Source: Macrostomum lignano (Eukaryota). From it: a stretch of DNA of 64,000 bases. Location: positions 1 to 64,000 of the forward strand of contig NIVC01001406.1 in NCBI GenBank assembly GCA_002269645.1. Direction: 5' to 3'. The notes under the pieces are model-generated. The model was not told the origin of the DNA and searched no databases. It saw nothing but the letters and a program-made list of their open reading frames with translations. Position numbers and translations under genes: made by a program. Every line of letters starts with the position of its first letter. The stretch's first letter is position 1. Shown here one piece after another: positions 23,948-42,400 of the stretch.

Positions 23948-25143
23948 ACATTCAGTTTGTCACTCTGAACCGCATTCAGTTTGTCACTCTGAACCGCATT
24001 CAGTTTGTCACTCTGAAACACATTTGCAGTTTGTCACTCTGAAACACATTTGCAGTTTGTCACTCTGAAACACATTTGCAGTTTGTCACTCTGAACCGCA
24101 TTCAGTTTGTCACTCTGAACCGCATTCAGTTTGTCACTCTGAACCGCATTCAGTTTGTCACTCTGAAACACATTTGCAGTTTGTCACTCTGAAACACATT
24201 TGCAGTTTGTCACTCTGAAACACATTCAGTTTGTCACTCGGAAACACATTCAGTTTGTCACTCTGAAACACATTCAGTTTGTCACTCTGAACCGCATTCA
24301 GTTTGTCACTCTGAACCGCATTCAGTTTGTCACTCTGAACCGCATTCAGTTTGTCACTCTGAACCGCATTCAGTTTGTCACTCTGAACCGCATTCAGTTT
24401 GTCACTCTGAAACACATTTGCAGTTTGTCACTCTGAAACACATTTGCAGTTTGTCACTCTGAAACACATTCAGCTTGTCACTCTGAAACACATTCAGTTT
24501 GTCACTCTGAAACACATTCAGTTTGTCACTCTGAAACACATTTAGTTTGTCACTATGAAACACATTCAGTTTGTCACTCTGAAACACATTCAGTTTGTCA
24601 CTATGAAACACATTCAGTTTGTCACTCTGAAACACATTTAGTTTGTCACTCGGAAACTCATTCAGTTTGTCACTCTGAAACACATTCAGTTTGTCACTCT
24701 GAAACACATTTAGTTTGTCACTCGGGAACACATTCAGTTTGTCACTCTGAAACACATTTAGTTTGTCACTCGGGAACACATTCAGTTTGTCACTCTGAAA
24801 CACATTCAGTTTGTCACTCTGAAACACATTCAGTTTGTCACTCTGAAACACATTTGCAGTTTGTCACTCTGAAACACATTCAGTTTGTCACTCGGAAACA
24901 CATTCAGTTTGTCACTCTGAAACACATTCAGTTTGTCACTCTGAAACACATCTGCAGCTTGTCACTCTGAAACACATTCAGTTTGTCACTATGAAGCACA
25001 TTCAGTTTGTCACTCTGAAACACATCTGCAGTTTGTCACTCTGAAACACATTCAGTTTGTCACTCGGAAACACATTCAGTTTGTCACTCTGAAACACATT
25101 CAGTTTGTCACTCTGAAACACATTCAGTTTGTCACTATGAAAC
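23948..25143. repeat. 24/26-bp minisatellite
   Basis: Unit cagtttgtcactctgaaacacatt and variants. Confidence 0.95.
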
Positions 25144-26284
25144 ATTTTTACATGTAATTTAGGAGACAGACATCTGGAGCATGGAACTCTTTCTTTGGCT
25201 CACTAAAGTTTTTTTATTTGGCTTTTTACAAACATAAAACGGTCTTGAGTTTATTTGAGTTTCAAATGTCCAGCAGCAGTTTTTATCCAATTTGATAAAA
25301 AACAAAACGCTTAACGACTACTGAAAAGAAACTTCTGTTATTACGTTACTGTCTCAAATTTTTCAAGGCTACTTAAAGTAAGACGGCAAAAAAGTATGAA
25401 AGACAAATAAAATTTCTGCGATTCTGTATCGGACTGAATTGCAGATGCACTCCAGACAGCAAGGCTGCTGAGGCTGCTGAGCTTAGCTTAGCTTTTAAAG
25501 CCTTTCTCTACTACCTAAGTAGCCCATACTGCAGCATTGAGAGGGCCAAAAGCTACCTCTGTTAGTGACTTCTTTTTTTGCACACAACAGGAACAGACAA
25601 TACAGTCAAAGCAGATGCTCATAGCTCAAGCAACTACCCGCTTTCCGGCCTTTTGAAATCCCTTTACCGGCTCAGGAAAATTTGTCAACTAAAATCTGCA
25701 TCCATAAATTCATATTATTTTTTCAAATGCGTCACCATGGAAGGCTTAGATTTCTAGCAATAACAGTTGCACTTGCAATTTCTTCGAACTGATGATGGCA
25801 TTGAGGCTGCGATATTCAACTGTTATTGATTTTACAAGCCGACAAGCAAGAGACGGTTAGGTTTTGGGTTCGGTAGGGGTTTTTAGAGGGTGTTGTGCTT
25901 TATGACTTTAAGCGACATTGTCGGCTGATTTTCCATGCAAGAATGGCATTCTTGCACTCTTTTGCGTGCAGGAATGGATGTCTATGGTAAAATCTCACTG
26001 AAAAAGCATTAGGCGCAGAAATGCATTCCTGCACGGTTTTGTGCATTCCTGCACGATGAATCATCCGACAATGGAATTCCTTCACGTTCACTCGTGCGTG
26101 ACCGTGCAGGAATATATCATTGTCACACAACCGGCGAGAGGCATTGCTGCCCGTTACGACGACTCCCCTGATTTTTTTTTATTAGAGGCAGGGGGGTTGT
26201 GTGCATCCTGGCGCAATTTAAGCGTCATTTGCACACAACCGGCGAGAGGCATTACTGCCCATTCCGCCGACTCCCCTGAGCAGG

Positions 26285-26770
26285 CATACAAGCACGCGGA
26301 TACATACGTAGGCACACACTCACACAGGAGTGTACAGCGGCCCTAACTTTATTTATCGATAAACATACATTTTACTGCGCCTTGGGGGGTTGGCTCTCAA
26401 GGCCGTTAATTGCACAAGCGAGCCAAGCCAAGATTCCAATCCGGCCCCAAATTAATGTGACTGCACTTGGAATCGAGCCTTGGTCGCTGGCACACCAGAG
26501 CAGTTGCGCTACCGCTGGGCTACGGCCCCCTGATACGTACGCAGTCATACGCACAGGCACACACACAGGAGTGTACAGCGGCCCTGACTTTATTTATCGT
26601 TAGGCATGTACACTTCACTTCACTGTGCCGTGGGGTTGGGCCTCAAGGCCGTTAATTGCACGAGCAGAGCCAAGCCGAGATTCCAATTCAGCCCCAAATT
26701 AATGTGGCTGCACTTGGAATCGAGCCTGGGCCGCTGGCACATCAGAGCGCCGCGCCAGACCACTGGGGTT
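26285..26770 (-). mobile_element. Two tandem copies of a tRNA-derived SINE (about 26285-26530 and 26531-26770)
   Basis: Minus-strand head GGGGCCGTAGCCCAGCGGTA (A-box-like) and GGCTCGATTCC (B-box-like, 26469-26479); shared body ending ...AGGGCCGCTGTACAC plus a TG-rich tail. Confidence 0.75.
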
Positions 26771-27277
26771 ATGATTTTTAGGTTAGAGTTAGGGTTTACG
26801 GGCTCGTGGGTTAAGGGTCTTAGGGTTTGGGAAGTTTAGGGTTTGGGAAGAAGGGCAATTTTTGCTCCATTTTTTTGCGTTTTAGTTTGATAGCAGAAGG
26901 TGAAGCAACCGGTTATAAAGTGCTCAAAATGCAGGGTCTTTTATTTAGCTAACGTAGTGCAATGATATAGAGCTTTTTCTTTAAGTTTCGAGTGACAAAG
27001 TTACTTCTCGAAGTTAAGGCAAAATATTCGGATTCATAATTACTGCCTGCATATCCGGGTTCGGCCCAGATGGGGGACTGGGGAGGCGACTAATGATGCT
27101 GCGCCCATCTGTGCGTGCCTTCGCGTTTCCGGCATCGGCAATATCTGGGTCTGGAAAGAACCTCAAAAGGCTTTGTTTTAGCCGGATTTAGTTTGATTTC
27201 TTAATTATGAATATGAAATGCAATACGTATAATTACGCATTTTTACCTGACAAAATCTCTGCGTACGCAGTATTATA

Positions 27278-28485
27278 ATGTACACAGTAGCACATGCTCA
27301 CAGTATCATGTACACAGTAGCACATACTCACAGTATCATGTACACAGTAGCACATGCTCACAGTATCATGTACACAGTAGCACATGCTCACAGTATAATG
27401 TACACAGTAGCACATGCTCACAGTATCATGTACACAGTAGCACATGCTCACAGTATCATGTACACAGTAGCACATGCTCACAGTATAATGTACACAGTAG
27501 CACATGCTCACAGTATCATGTACACAGTAGCACATGCTCACAGTATCATGTACACAGTAGCACATGCTCACAGTATCATGTACACAGTAGCACATGCTCA
27601 CAGTATCATGTACACAGTAGCACATGCTCACAGTATCATGTACACAGTAGCACATGCAGTATCATGTACACAGTAGCACATACAGTATCATGTACACAGT
27701 AGCATATGCTCACAATATCATGTACACAGTAGCACATGCTGACAGTATAATGTACACAGTAGCACATGCTCACAGTATCATGTACACAGTAGCACATGCT
27801 GACAGTATCATGTACACAGTAGCACATACAGTATCATGTACACAGTAGCACATGCTCACAGTATCATGTACACAGTAGCATATGCTCACAGTATAATGTA
27901 CACAGTAGCACATGCTGACAGTATAATGTACACAGTAGCACATGCTCACAGTATCATGTACACAGTAGCACATACTGACAGTATCATGTACACAGTAGCA
28001 CATACAGTATCATGTACACAGTAGCATATGCTCACAATATCATGTACACAGTAGCACATGCTCACAGTATCATGTACACAGTAGCACATGCTCACAGTAT
28101 CATGTACACAGTAGCACATGCTCACAATATCATGTACACAGTAGCACATGCTCACAATATCATGTACACAGTAGCACATACTCACAATATCATGTACACA
28201 GTAGCACATGCTCACAGTATCATGTACACAGTAGCACATACTCACAGTATCATGTACACAGTAGCAAATTCTCAAAATGCCATGTACACAGTAGCACATG
28301 CTCACAATATCATGTACACAGTAGCACATGCTCACAATATCATGTACACAGTAGCACATACTCACAGTATCATGTACACAGTAGCACATTCTCAAAATGC
28401 CATGTACACAGTAGCACATGCTCACAATATCATGTAAACAGTAGAACATGCTCACAATGTCATGTAGACAGTAGCACATGCTCAC
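27278..28485. repeat. 30-bp minisatellite
   Basis: Unit atgtacacagtagcacatgctcacagtatc. Confidence 0.95.
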
Positions 28486-28879
28486 AATTTCCTGTAAACA
28501 ACAGCAGATAGATAATTTTTAAACAGCGTTGTACAAGCTGTAGTGTTTCCTTGTAGTTCCGTTAATAGTGCAAGTGCTTGCTGACTGATCACGCAATTAT
28601 TTTCATCCGTTGAAGTGTCGCACAACTCCCAATCTCCCCAATGTAGTGTGTGCAAAAAAAATATCGGAATGTGTTTGTCCAGTGCAGTGGAACTTTCAGT
28701 TCTGCAGAAAATTGGCTCATTGGAGAGTTTATGACGAGAGCCTCTTGACACAGTCAGCTGGTGACTCCGGCAACTTATTGCATCCCACAGAATGAGAAAG
28801 GAAATTCACTTTCTTAACACCAATTTTTCTCCTACAGAATTTATTACCAAGTGTCCAGACTAGGGGACGCTGGGACTCT

Positions 28880-29245
28880 GAATGTATGTTTGAATGTATT
28901 TGAATGTGTTTGAATGTATTTGAATGTGTTTGAATGTGTTTGAATGTGTTTGAATGTGTTTGAATGTGTTTGAATGTGTTTGAATGTATTTGAATGTGTT
29001 TGAATGTGTTTGAATGTGTTTGAATGTGTTTGAATGTGTATGAATGTGTGTAAATGTGTTTGAATGTGTTTGAATGTGTTTGAATGTGTTTGAATGTGTT
29101 TGAATGTATTTGAATGTATTTGAATGCGTTTAAATGTATTTGAATGTGTTTGAATGTGTTTGAATGTGTTTAAATGTGTTTGAATGTGTTTGAATGTGTT
29201 TGAATGTGTTTGAATGTGTTTGAATGTGTTTGAATGTGTTTGAAT
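28880..29245. repeat. 10-bp tandem repeat (TGAATGTGTT)n
   Basis: Direct reading. Confidence 0.95.
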
Positions 29246-29667
29246 AAGTTTCAATTTGTTTGGCTGTTGTTTGAATGTGTGAATGAAAAGCACACGTTTG
29301 CTTAATTTGCAGTTCGGAAGTCCAGAAAGTGAGACATTGGGAGTTAAGCAGAAAACAGAAAATTCCTGTCTTTCTGGCATTTTGCAGCGAAAGTATGCGG
29401 TCAGTTTAGGCTCACCAATTCTCGCTCAAATATGCAGTCGGCTGCGCAGTGAAGAACCAACACTGACTGGATCAGTTAGTGACGGAGATTCGGGCTGGCG
29501 GCTGAGGAATCAAAACGGGAAATGTGAAGGAAGCGAAATTTCGAGGGCGGAACTCATAGGCGATCTGAAGCATCGTGGCAACTGATAAACTGTGATTTGT
29601 CGGCAAGCCTTAGGCCATCCAGTCATCCTGCCATCCAGTCAGTGATTTTATTGTCGCTGATGGCAGT

Positions 29668-33130
<3,463 letters not shown>

Positions 33131-33909
33131 CTTCCCTTTCACTTCAGTTTTTCCATCTCCCTCCCGCCCTCATTTTTGCTACACCGAGGTATTCTGCATC
33201 TTTTCACAGTATCCATTTCATAATTACTTTTTTATTTTTAAACTAAATCCTTTTTCCTGAGTTTTTCCTAGAATAAGAAATCGAAATGCAGGTTGCCATT
33301 AGGCCTAGCGATGCACCATCAGATTGGTGGGTCTCATTGTTTTCAATGGATATTATTGAACAGTTTCAATCAAGCTTCTATCCGACTACAACGGAGTGAC
33401 AGCGTCCCATTGAGTCTATTCAACTCAGCTCAAAATTCAAAGATTTATCTTGTGTGTCTATTCACTCGCAAAAATTGATGCACCGAATTCATAAATTAAA
33501 TTAAAAAGATCAATCTAATGAAAAATTGATTCCGATCAGCGGAACATGATTCACGAATCTCCAGCTGCTTTAGTGACTAACGTGGAATGCTGCTTTTTCA
33601 CTACCTCAGCCAGACAGCGGAACCTGCCGAACATGCGGGCGAAATTGTACGAAGCAGTTGCAAGATAAAGAATCCACTATTCTACTATCAGTAGGCTCTA
33701 AGGAAAACATAAAAACCAAAATTTCTATGTAGCATCTGTCAGCCAATCAGATTAAAGTAACTTTTTTTCAAAAGGAAAGTGAAATGGTCCAGGATTTTTA
33801 TTTTTAATCAGACCGGCGGGGCTGGAGGCAAAAACTTTCAGGACATTCGCACACAAGGCTGAGAAGAGAAAGGCTGGGACAAATCCAACTCAGGTGAGTT
33901 TTCTATCTC

Positions 33910-34290
<381 letters not shown>

Positions 34291-34729
34291 TGCCTGCTAA
34301 TCTCTCAGGCCATTTTATCCTACTCAGTGGAATAAGGCGCACTGTTAATCCACTATATGCCCAAAACTGCAAGCGGCTCTAAGCAAGTCGGTTATTCCCA
34401 GAATTACTACTAGCTTATCCCGAATCCGTGGGAGAAATGTCGAGTGCAGACCCACCCAGCTCTCTTGGAAGGCTTCATTCGAGTCCACTCACCTTTCCCC
34501 CTGTCCGGTCCGTCCGGGATTTGCTCCCCAGCTGACGGCAGGGACACAATCCGGTCCTAATTGCTGCGGCAGCAACGAATGTGTCATCAACTTTTTCTGT
34601 ACTCATCAGTCTCCATCTCCTTTGCGAAGTATAACAAACCTGAGAAATTGCCCAGTGCTTCGAACTTGGAGTGTTGCAAAATTTGACAACAGAATATTGG
34701 CGCCTTCGCTAAATGGTCTAAGTCATAGA

Positions 34730-35233
34730 CATAGACTATTGGTTTGCATTGCCGAGCTTGCACACAATATCCGAGTGCTATTGGTCTAGGCCATAGACTA
34801 TTGGTTTGCATTGCCGAGCTTGCACACAATATCCGAGTGCTATTGGTCTAGGCCATAGACTATTGGTTTGCATTGCCGAGCGTGCACACAATATCCGAGT
34901 GCTATTGGTCTAGGCCATAGACTATTGGTTTGCATTGCCGAGCGTGCACACAATATCCGAGTGCTATTGGTCTTGGCCATAGACTATTGGTTTGCATTGC
35001 CGAGCGTGCACACAATATCCGAGTGCTATTGGTCTTGGCCATAGACTATTGGTTTGCATTGCCGAGCGTGCACAAAATATCCGAGTGCTATTTGTCTAGG
35101 CCATAGACTATTGGTTTGCATTGCCGAGCGTGCACAAAATATCCGAGTGCTATTTGTCTAGGCCATAGACTATTGGTTTGCATTGCCGAGCGTGCACACA
35201 ATATCCGAGTGCTATTGGTCTAGGCCATAGACT
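34730..35233. repeat. 62-bp minisatellite containing GGCCATAGAC
   Basis: ggccatagac at 34789 and 34851; period 62. Confidence 0.92.
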
Positions 35234-35830
35234 ACGGCGTAAAATCTAAAGAATTATACAATTAAATACTGGTATAAAATCATGAAGTAACAAACTATTC
35301 ATTTTCAAACGAACTGCACTCGCTCCACCGGCTGAGAATCAGCACCAGAAACACAGTGGAGACTCAGAGGAAATTCTTCTCTTGGAAAAACAATAACCAA
35401 GCAGAATCCTTCAGGATAAATAGATAGACAATCGATCTGAAATTTTTCGCAAACTCTTCATCTGCGGGTCAGCAGGGCCTGAGAAATCGGGTTTTTTTCC
35501 CGCTCTCCTACCGAGCCCGCCCCCAGCCCACAGCCCTGGAGAACACTCGACCGGGCCCGGCAGGCAAAAATATTAAAAAAGCAGAGAGAATAAGCAAACA
35601 TTCTTTCGTGCCAATCGCTGCTCCGCCACAGTCGCCGATCCTTGAGCTCTGGCAGAATTTTTTTTTCTGAGCGCGCAGACAAATACATGTTGTAGGCCCG
35701 GGGGATGGATAGGCCGGAGGGCAGCTCAACTCTCTCAGGCTACACTGGGGTTGTTGTTGCACTTTCTTTCCTGTCAGTATCCAAATCTATGGGTAGGTGG
35801 GTCCAGGCTGTTCTCATCTGGGACAATCCT

Positions 35831-36391
<561 letters not shown>

Positions 36392-36989
36392 ATTGCGCTC
36401 ACATTAGCGAGGTGTCTACGAAAACATGATCAAGTACATGACTTTTTTGGCCTGCAGATTAAGACTCAGACCTGACCAAAATGGCCCCCTAGCAACTAAA
36501 CCTCCCTAAACTCGTCATGCATTTTGCATCGGCGCTTTATCGCCAATCCGGTATGCTCAGCCGATACGAGCTCACGGCCCCGTCCACTGCTCACACGATG
36601 CCAGACTCTCACAGTCTCCTATGCGGCCTCCCCCATCCCCAGTTTCTGACGCTCCATCCTGAGGAGAAGAAAAATAGAAAAACAGTCCCATTTTTCGATA
36701 AATGACCGACTCCGGTGTTGGGGCGGTGAGCTGCTTCTCTAAGTCACTCTGAATTCTGGCATAAATTATGCAACAGGTAAATTATTTCTTGTGAAGGAAA
36801 AACACTGCCAATCTGGGGCTCTGCATTTCCCTCATCCATCTCTTTCTCCGGTTGGCCAAATGAAACCAAATCTTCTTGCCATTGACCCACTCACGGCGAG
36901 CAGTTTCTCAGGATGTAATGGAGGCGATTTTAAGGTCTAAATTGATCAAATAGTCGAAAATCTGAAATCACAAATGGAGTGCTGGAGAT

Positions 36990-38150
<1,161 letters not shown>

Positions 38151-38599
38151 CTCCGATTCCCCCTGACGCCCCTCGGCCCCAGTCCGGGCGTTCTGTTTGG
38201 TTTTCAGTCGCGTGACGCCTGCCTTCCGCTCCCCTCACCGCTCCACCCTGGCGGACGGAAGCGGCAACCGGCGGGCGGCAAATCTCAGAGTCGGCGCGCA
38301 GCCGCCGCCCCGCCGTCCTGCGCCGGTCGTTATTGTCCGACTTGCGACGCCTTGGATGCGGAAGGCCGCAGGGCGATTAAAAAAGACGGATTAGAAGAAA
38401 GGGAAAGAGTGAGGGGGCCGGATGCTGGATGGAGCGGAGAACTGCAGAAAGGATGGAGATGGAGAATAAGAATTGTGCAGCCGTGTGCATCAGAAAATGC
38501 TCCAGTATTAATTGATGAGGCGTTCAGAAAAATAAGTTGAATAACAGAAGGTCATTGAAACTCATGAGTATATAAGTTATTACGGACTGGAATGGCGCC

Positions 38600-39245
38600 G
38601 TACAGATGCAGTACTGAATCCGTACAGATGCGGTGCTGAATCCGTACAGATGCGTTGCTGAATCCGTACAGATGCGTTTCTGAATCCGTACAGATGCGGT
38701 GCTGAATCCGTACAGATGCTGTGCTGAATCCGTACAGATGCGTTTCTGAATCCGTACAGATGCTGTGCTGAATCCGTACAGATGCGGTGCTGAATCCGTA
38801 CAGATGCGTTTCTGAATCCGTACAGATGCGTTTCTGAATCCGTATAGATGCGGTGCTGAATCCGTACAGATGCGTTGCTGAATCCGTACAGATGCGGTAC
38901 TCAATCCGTACAGATGCTGTGCTGAATCCGTACAGATGCTGTACTGAATCCGTACAGATGCTGTGCTGAATCCGTACAGATGCGTTGCTGAATCCGTACA
39001 GATGCGGTGCTGAATCCGTACAGATGCGTTGCTGAATCCGTACAGATGCGGTACTCAATCCGTACAGATGCTGTGCTGAATCCGTACAGATGCTGTACTG
39101 AATCCGTACAGATGCTGTGCTGAATCCGTACAGATGCGTTGCTGAATCCGTACAGATGCGTTGCTGAATCCGTACAGATGCGTTGCTGAATCCGTACAGA
39201 TGCGGTACTCAATCCCTACAGATGGAATGCTGAATCCGTACAGAT
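38600..39245. repeat. 22-bp minisatellite
   Basis: Unit gctgaatccgtacagatgcggt; copies at 38616 and 38638. Confidence 0.93.
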
Positions 39246-39498
39246 GCGGTGGTCCCCAGTGTGCAGTGTTTTGCACCAATTCCAACAATCCATAGCTGAG
39301 CCGCTATGGAGCTTTCTTTAACAAGTCTGGCTTTCGAGAATTTCCCCCCAACTCTGCCAGTTTCATTAATCCTGTTAGCGGCATACTGAAAGAGGGATGT
39401 CAGGACTAATTTGAGTTCAGTCAGTTTAACAAACAGCGAACTGCTTCTTTGCAGAAATCGGCTGGGGACAGAAATCTCCACACAGCTAAAAGTTGGGC

Positions 39499-42400
39499 AT
39501 GTGGCTTTGTTCCCCGTCGCAAATGCATCTTTTGCTGCTTCTACTGCTGGCTCTGCTCCTGACGTTGCTTTCGGTCTTTTCTGGTGGCGGCTTTGCCAAT
39601 GCAGAATGCGTTATGAATATTACCAGGTGAGGTTGCTTGAATGTTGCTCAGGAGTCAACTTATATTATTATCAATGGATGTTTTGCAAGAAATATACATA
39701 AATTTCTAATTTTGATTATAGTAATGCAAATTAAATACAGCAGTTACTTCGAGTTTAATGCTACTCTAACAATTTTTTTTGTAATTAGTAACAGGTGAAA
39801 ATATATTCTATAATTGTAAAATAGTCATTTAGCTCTGTTAAAATTTATTATAAAATGCTGAAATAAAATAAAACTAAAAAATATAAAGAATAAATTTATT
39901 AAATCAATTACAAAATAAGAGCAATATGCGTATATTAGACTACAACTATGATATTATAAGTTATAAATTATAAATCCTAAATAGTAAAACAAAACAGCTG
40001 TGAGTATATCTAGGCGAAATATGGAGGAAAACAGTAATGTTGTAAACTTAGTCTTCCCATAAAAATCTACTTAAAGTAACAGAGTACTTTATTGCTAAAA
40101 GCACACCTTGAATTAATTTGCGCTTAACACGCGGTTGATTAACGAGAGAAAATAACTTCTGGCCTCTTCAGTTTAAGCTCGAGAGCCAATTTTGTGATTC
40201 ATTGCTTGCGGCCAGAGCAGGCCAGCGTCTCGCTCCATCAGGAGAGACTGAGAGAGAGAGACGGCCATTACTGCAAGCGAACTTCCTTTCTATCAATCTC
40301 AGCCTTTCAATCAATAATAGGCCTTGATGAGGGACCAGCGACGGGGACCACTAGAGACACCTGGATTGGATGTACGTATGTGTATGCGCTCTGGGGGAAG
40401 GGGACAGCAGCATCGCAGATTTTAGGATAATTTCAAAAATGGAGCATCAAACCTGTAACCTGAATAGACACTACCGCAACTCATTGAAAAATTCTGCAAA
40501 TTTGCATACACAGATTTTGATGCGGTCTGGGTCTGCTCACAATTCCCTCTAGTCCAGGTGTGTTCAGAGGTCCTGGTCTAGCCGGACTTTTGTAACTTTT
40601 TGTTTACCAAAACTGTCGTTTGCGCGCAGACTGATCCCGATCATGCGACACTTCAATTCCAGCTTCATAGCAGAGACCAAGTATGACAAGAGGAACTCTC
40701 CGAATCAGAGTAAATGGATTCATATTGTTACCAACTTGTAGTGCTAACTACTCATTAACATAGATGTGCTTCCTTAGCTATACCTATAGTACAGTTTAAT
40801 ATTCAAGCCTTTCCTCGTAGTAAATTATGTGGAATTTATTTTTGAATATTTTAGCTTATTAACCTATTGTTAATTAGTACTACGTTCTGTAATGTTTTTA
40901 TTTATTAATACTTGATTGTTGTGGCAACCTACACTGCAATTATTTCTGTAATAGAAGATCTGTAGCTAAGATCATTTAGAGTGATACCCACAGTCCTCTG
41001 GTCATTCAGACTGATACCCAATACCCTACAGTCCTACATAGTGATACCCAAGACCCTACAGTCCTACAGAGTGATACCCAAGACCCTACAGTCCTACAGA
41101 GTGATACCCAAGACCCTACAGTCCTACAGAATGATACCCAAGACCTTACAGTCCTACAGAGTGATACCCAAGACCCTACAGTCCTACAGAGTGATACCCA
41201 AGACCCTACAGTCCTACAGAGTGATACCCAAGACCCTACAGTCCTACAGAATGATACCCAAGACCTTACAGTCCTACAGAGTGATACCCAAGACCCTACA
41301 GTCCTACAGAATGATACAAAAGACCCTACAGTCCTACATAGTGATACCCAAGACCCTACAATCCTACAGAGTGATACCCAAGACCCTACAGTCCTACAGA
41401 GTGATACCCAAGATCATTTGGTCCTTCAGAATAAAGCCACTTTTTGTTCTATTAATTTAAAATTTAACTACATGTGCAGAAGACCAATCCTGATACAGTG
41501 GAACTGCATTGAAATTGCTGCACATTGAACTAACATGTCTCGAACTTGGAACCCGCTTCCAGCTACCAGCTCTATAGAAAGCTATCCGATCCGAGAACCT
41601 ATAACCGCAGAGTGCATCCAGCGGGAGTGTGTGAGTTGCAAAATTCACCGTTCAACACACTTCTACGAAGCACTTTTGGAGCGCGAAAGATTGCATGCTG
41701 AGAGCATCAGTATCTGTTTCAGGATGTACAGGGTGTCCCATAAGTAACTTTACAACTTGTTTCGTGAATAACTTTGTGATTAATGCTTGGATCCCCACCA
41801 GATTTTAGCATAGGAAAATATATAGAAAAGGGATTTTTTGACACCAAAAGCATGTTCATACGTTAAAAAATACAGTCCGTTCAGGGTCCTTCGATGTGGC
41901 CACCGCCGTTTGTAAGGCAGGCCTCCAGCCGCCGCGGAAAGTCCAGCAGGGCTTTGGTAAGCGTCTCAGGCGAAATCTGGGCCTGATATGAACATGCTTT
42001 TGGTGTCAAAAAATCCCTTTTCTATATATTTTCCTATGCTAAAATCTGGTGGGGATCCAAGCATTAATCACAAAGTTATACACGAAACAAGTTGTAAAGT
42101 TACTTATGGGACACCCTGGTGTATTTTTAAAAAAACACGCCGTTTTTAAGTTGTACTTTTCTATTTTAATGTTTTACTAGTAAATACGAGAGTAAAGTAA
42201 AAGTATTATTCCACTTTTTTGATTAATTAACATTCTAAAAAATTGACGAACGCGCAGAGCTTAGAAGGTGTTCTTGTAACCTTTCTTGTACTTGTTCGTG
42301 TTCTTGGACGGATAATCCGTCCGGGTTTTGATGTCAAGAGTCTGAGGTTTTTTCCTAGAGAGAGAGAACATAGTTTGTAACTAACCCTGACAATAGTGAA

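Noticed and set aside
26440-26530. Possible tRNA gene on the minus strand
   Set aside because: It has A/B-box-like motifs but no proper cloverleaf, and it continues into a repeated body; it is a SINE head.
33800-33895. Exon-like segment with a strong donor (ACTCAG|gtgagt) between TCTG arrays
   Set aside because: It cannot be linked to any gene; possibly a 5' UTR exon, unsupported without RNA data.
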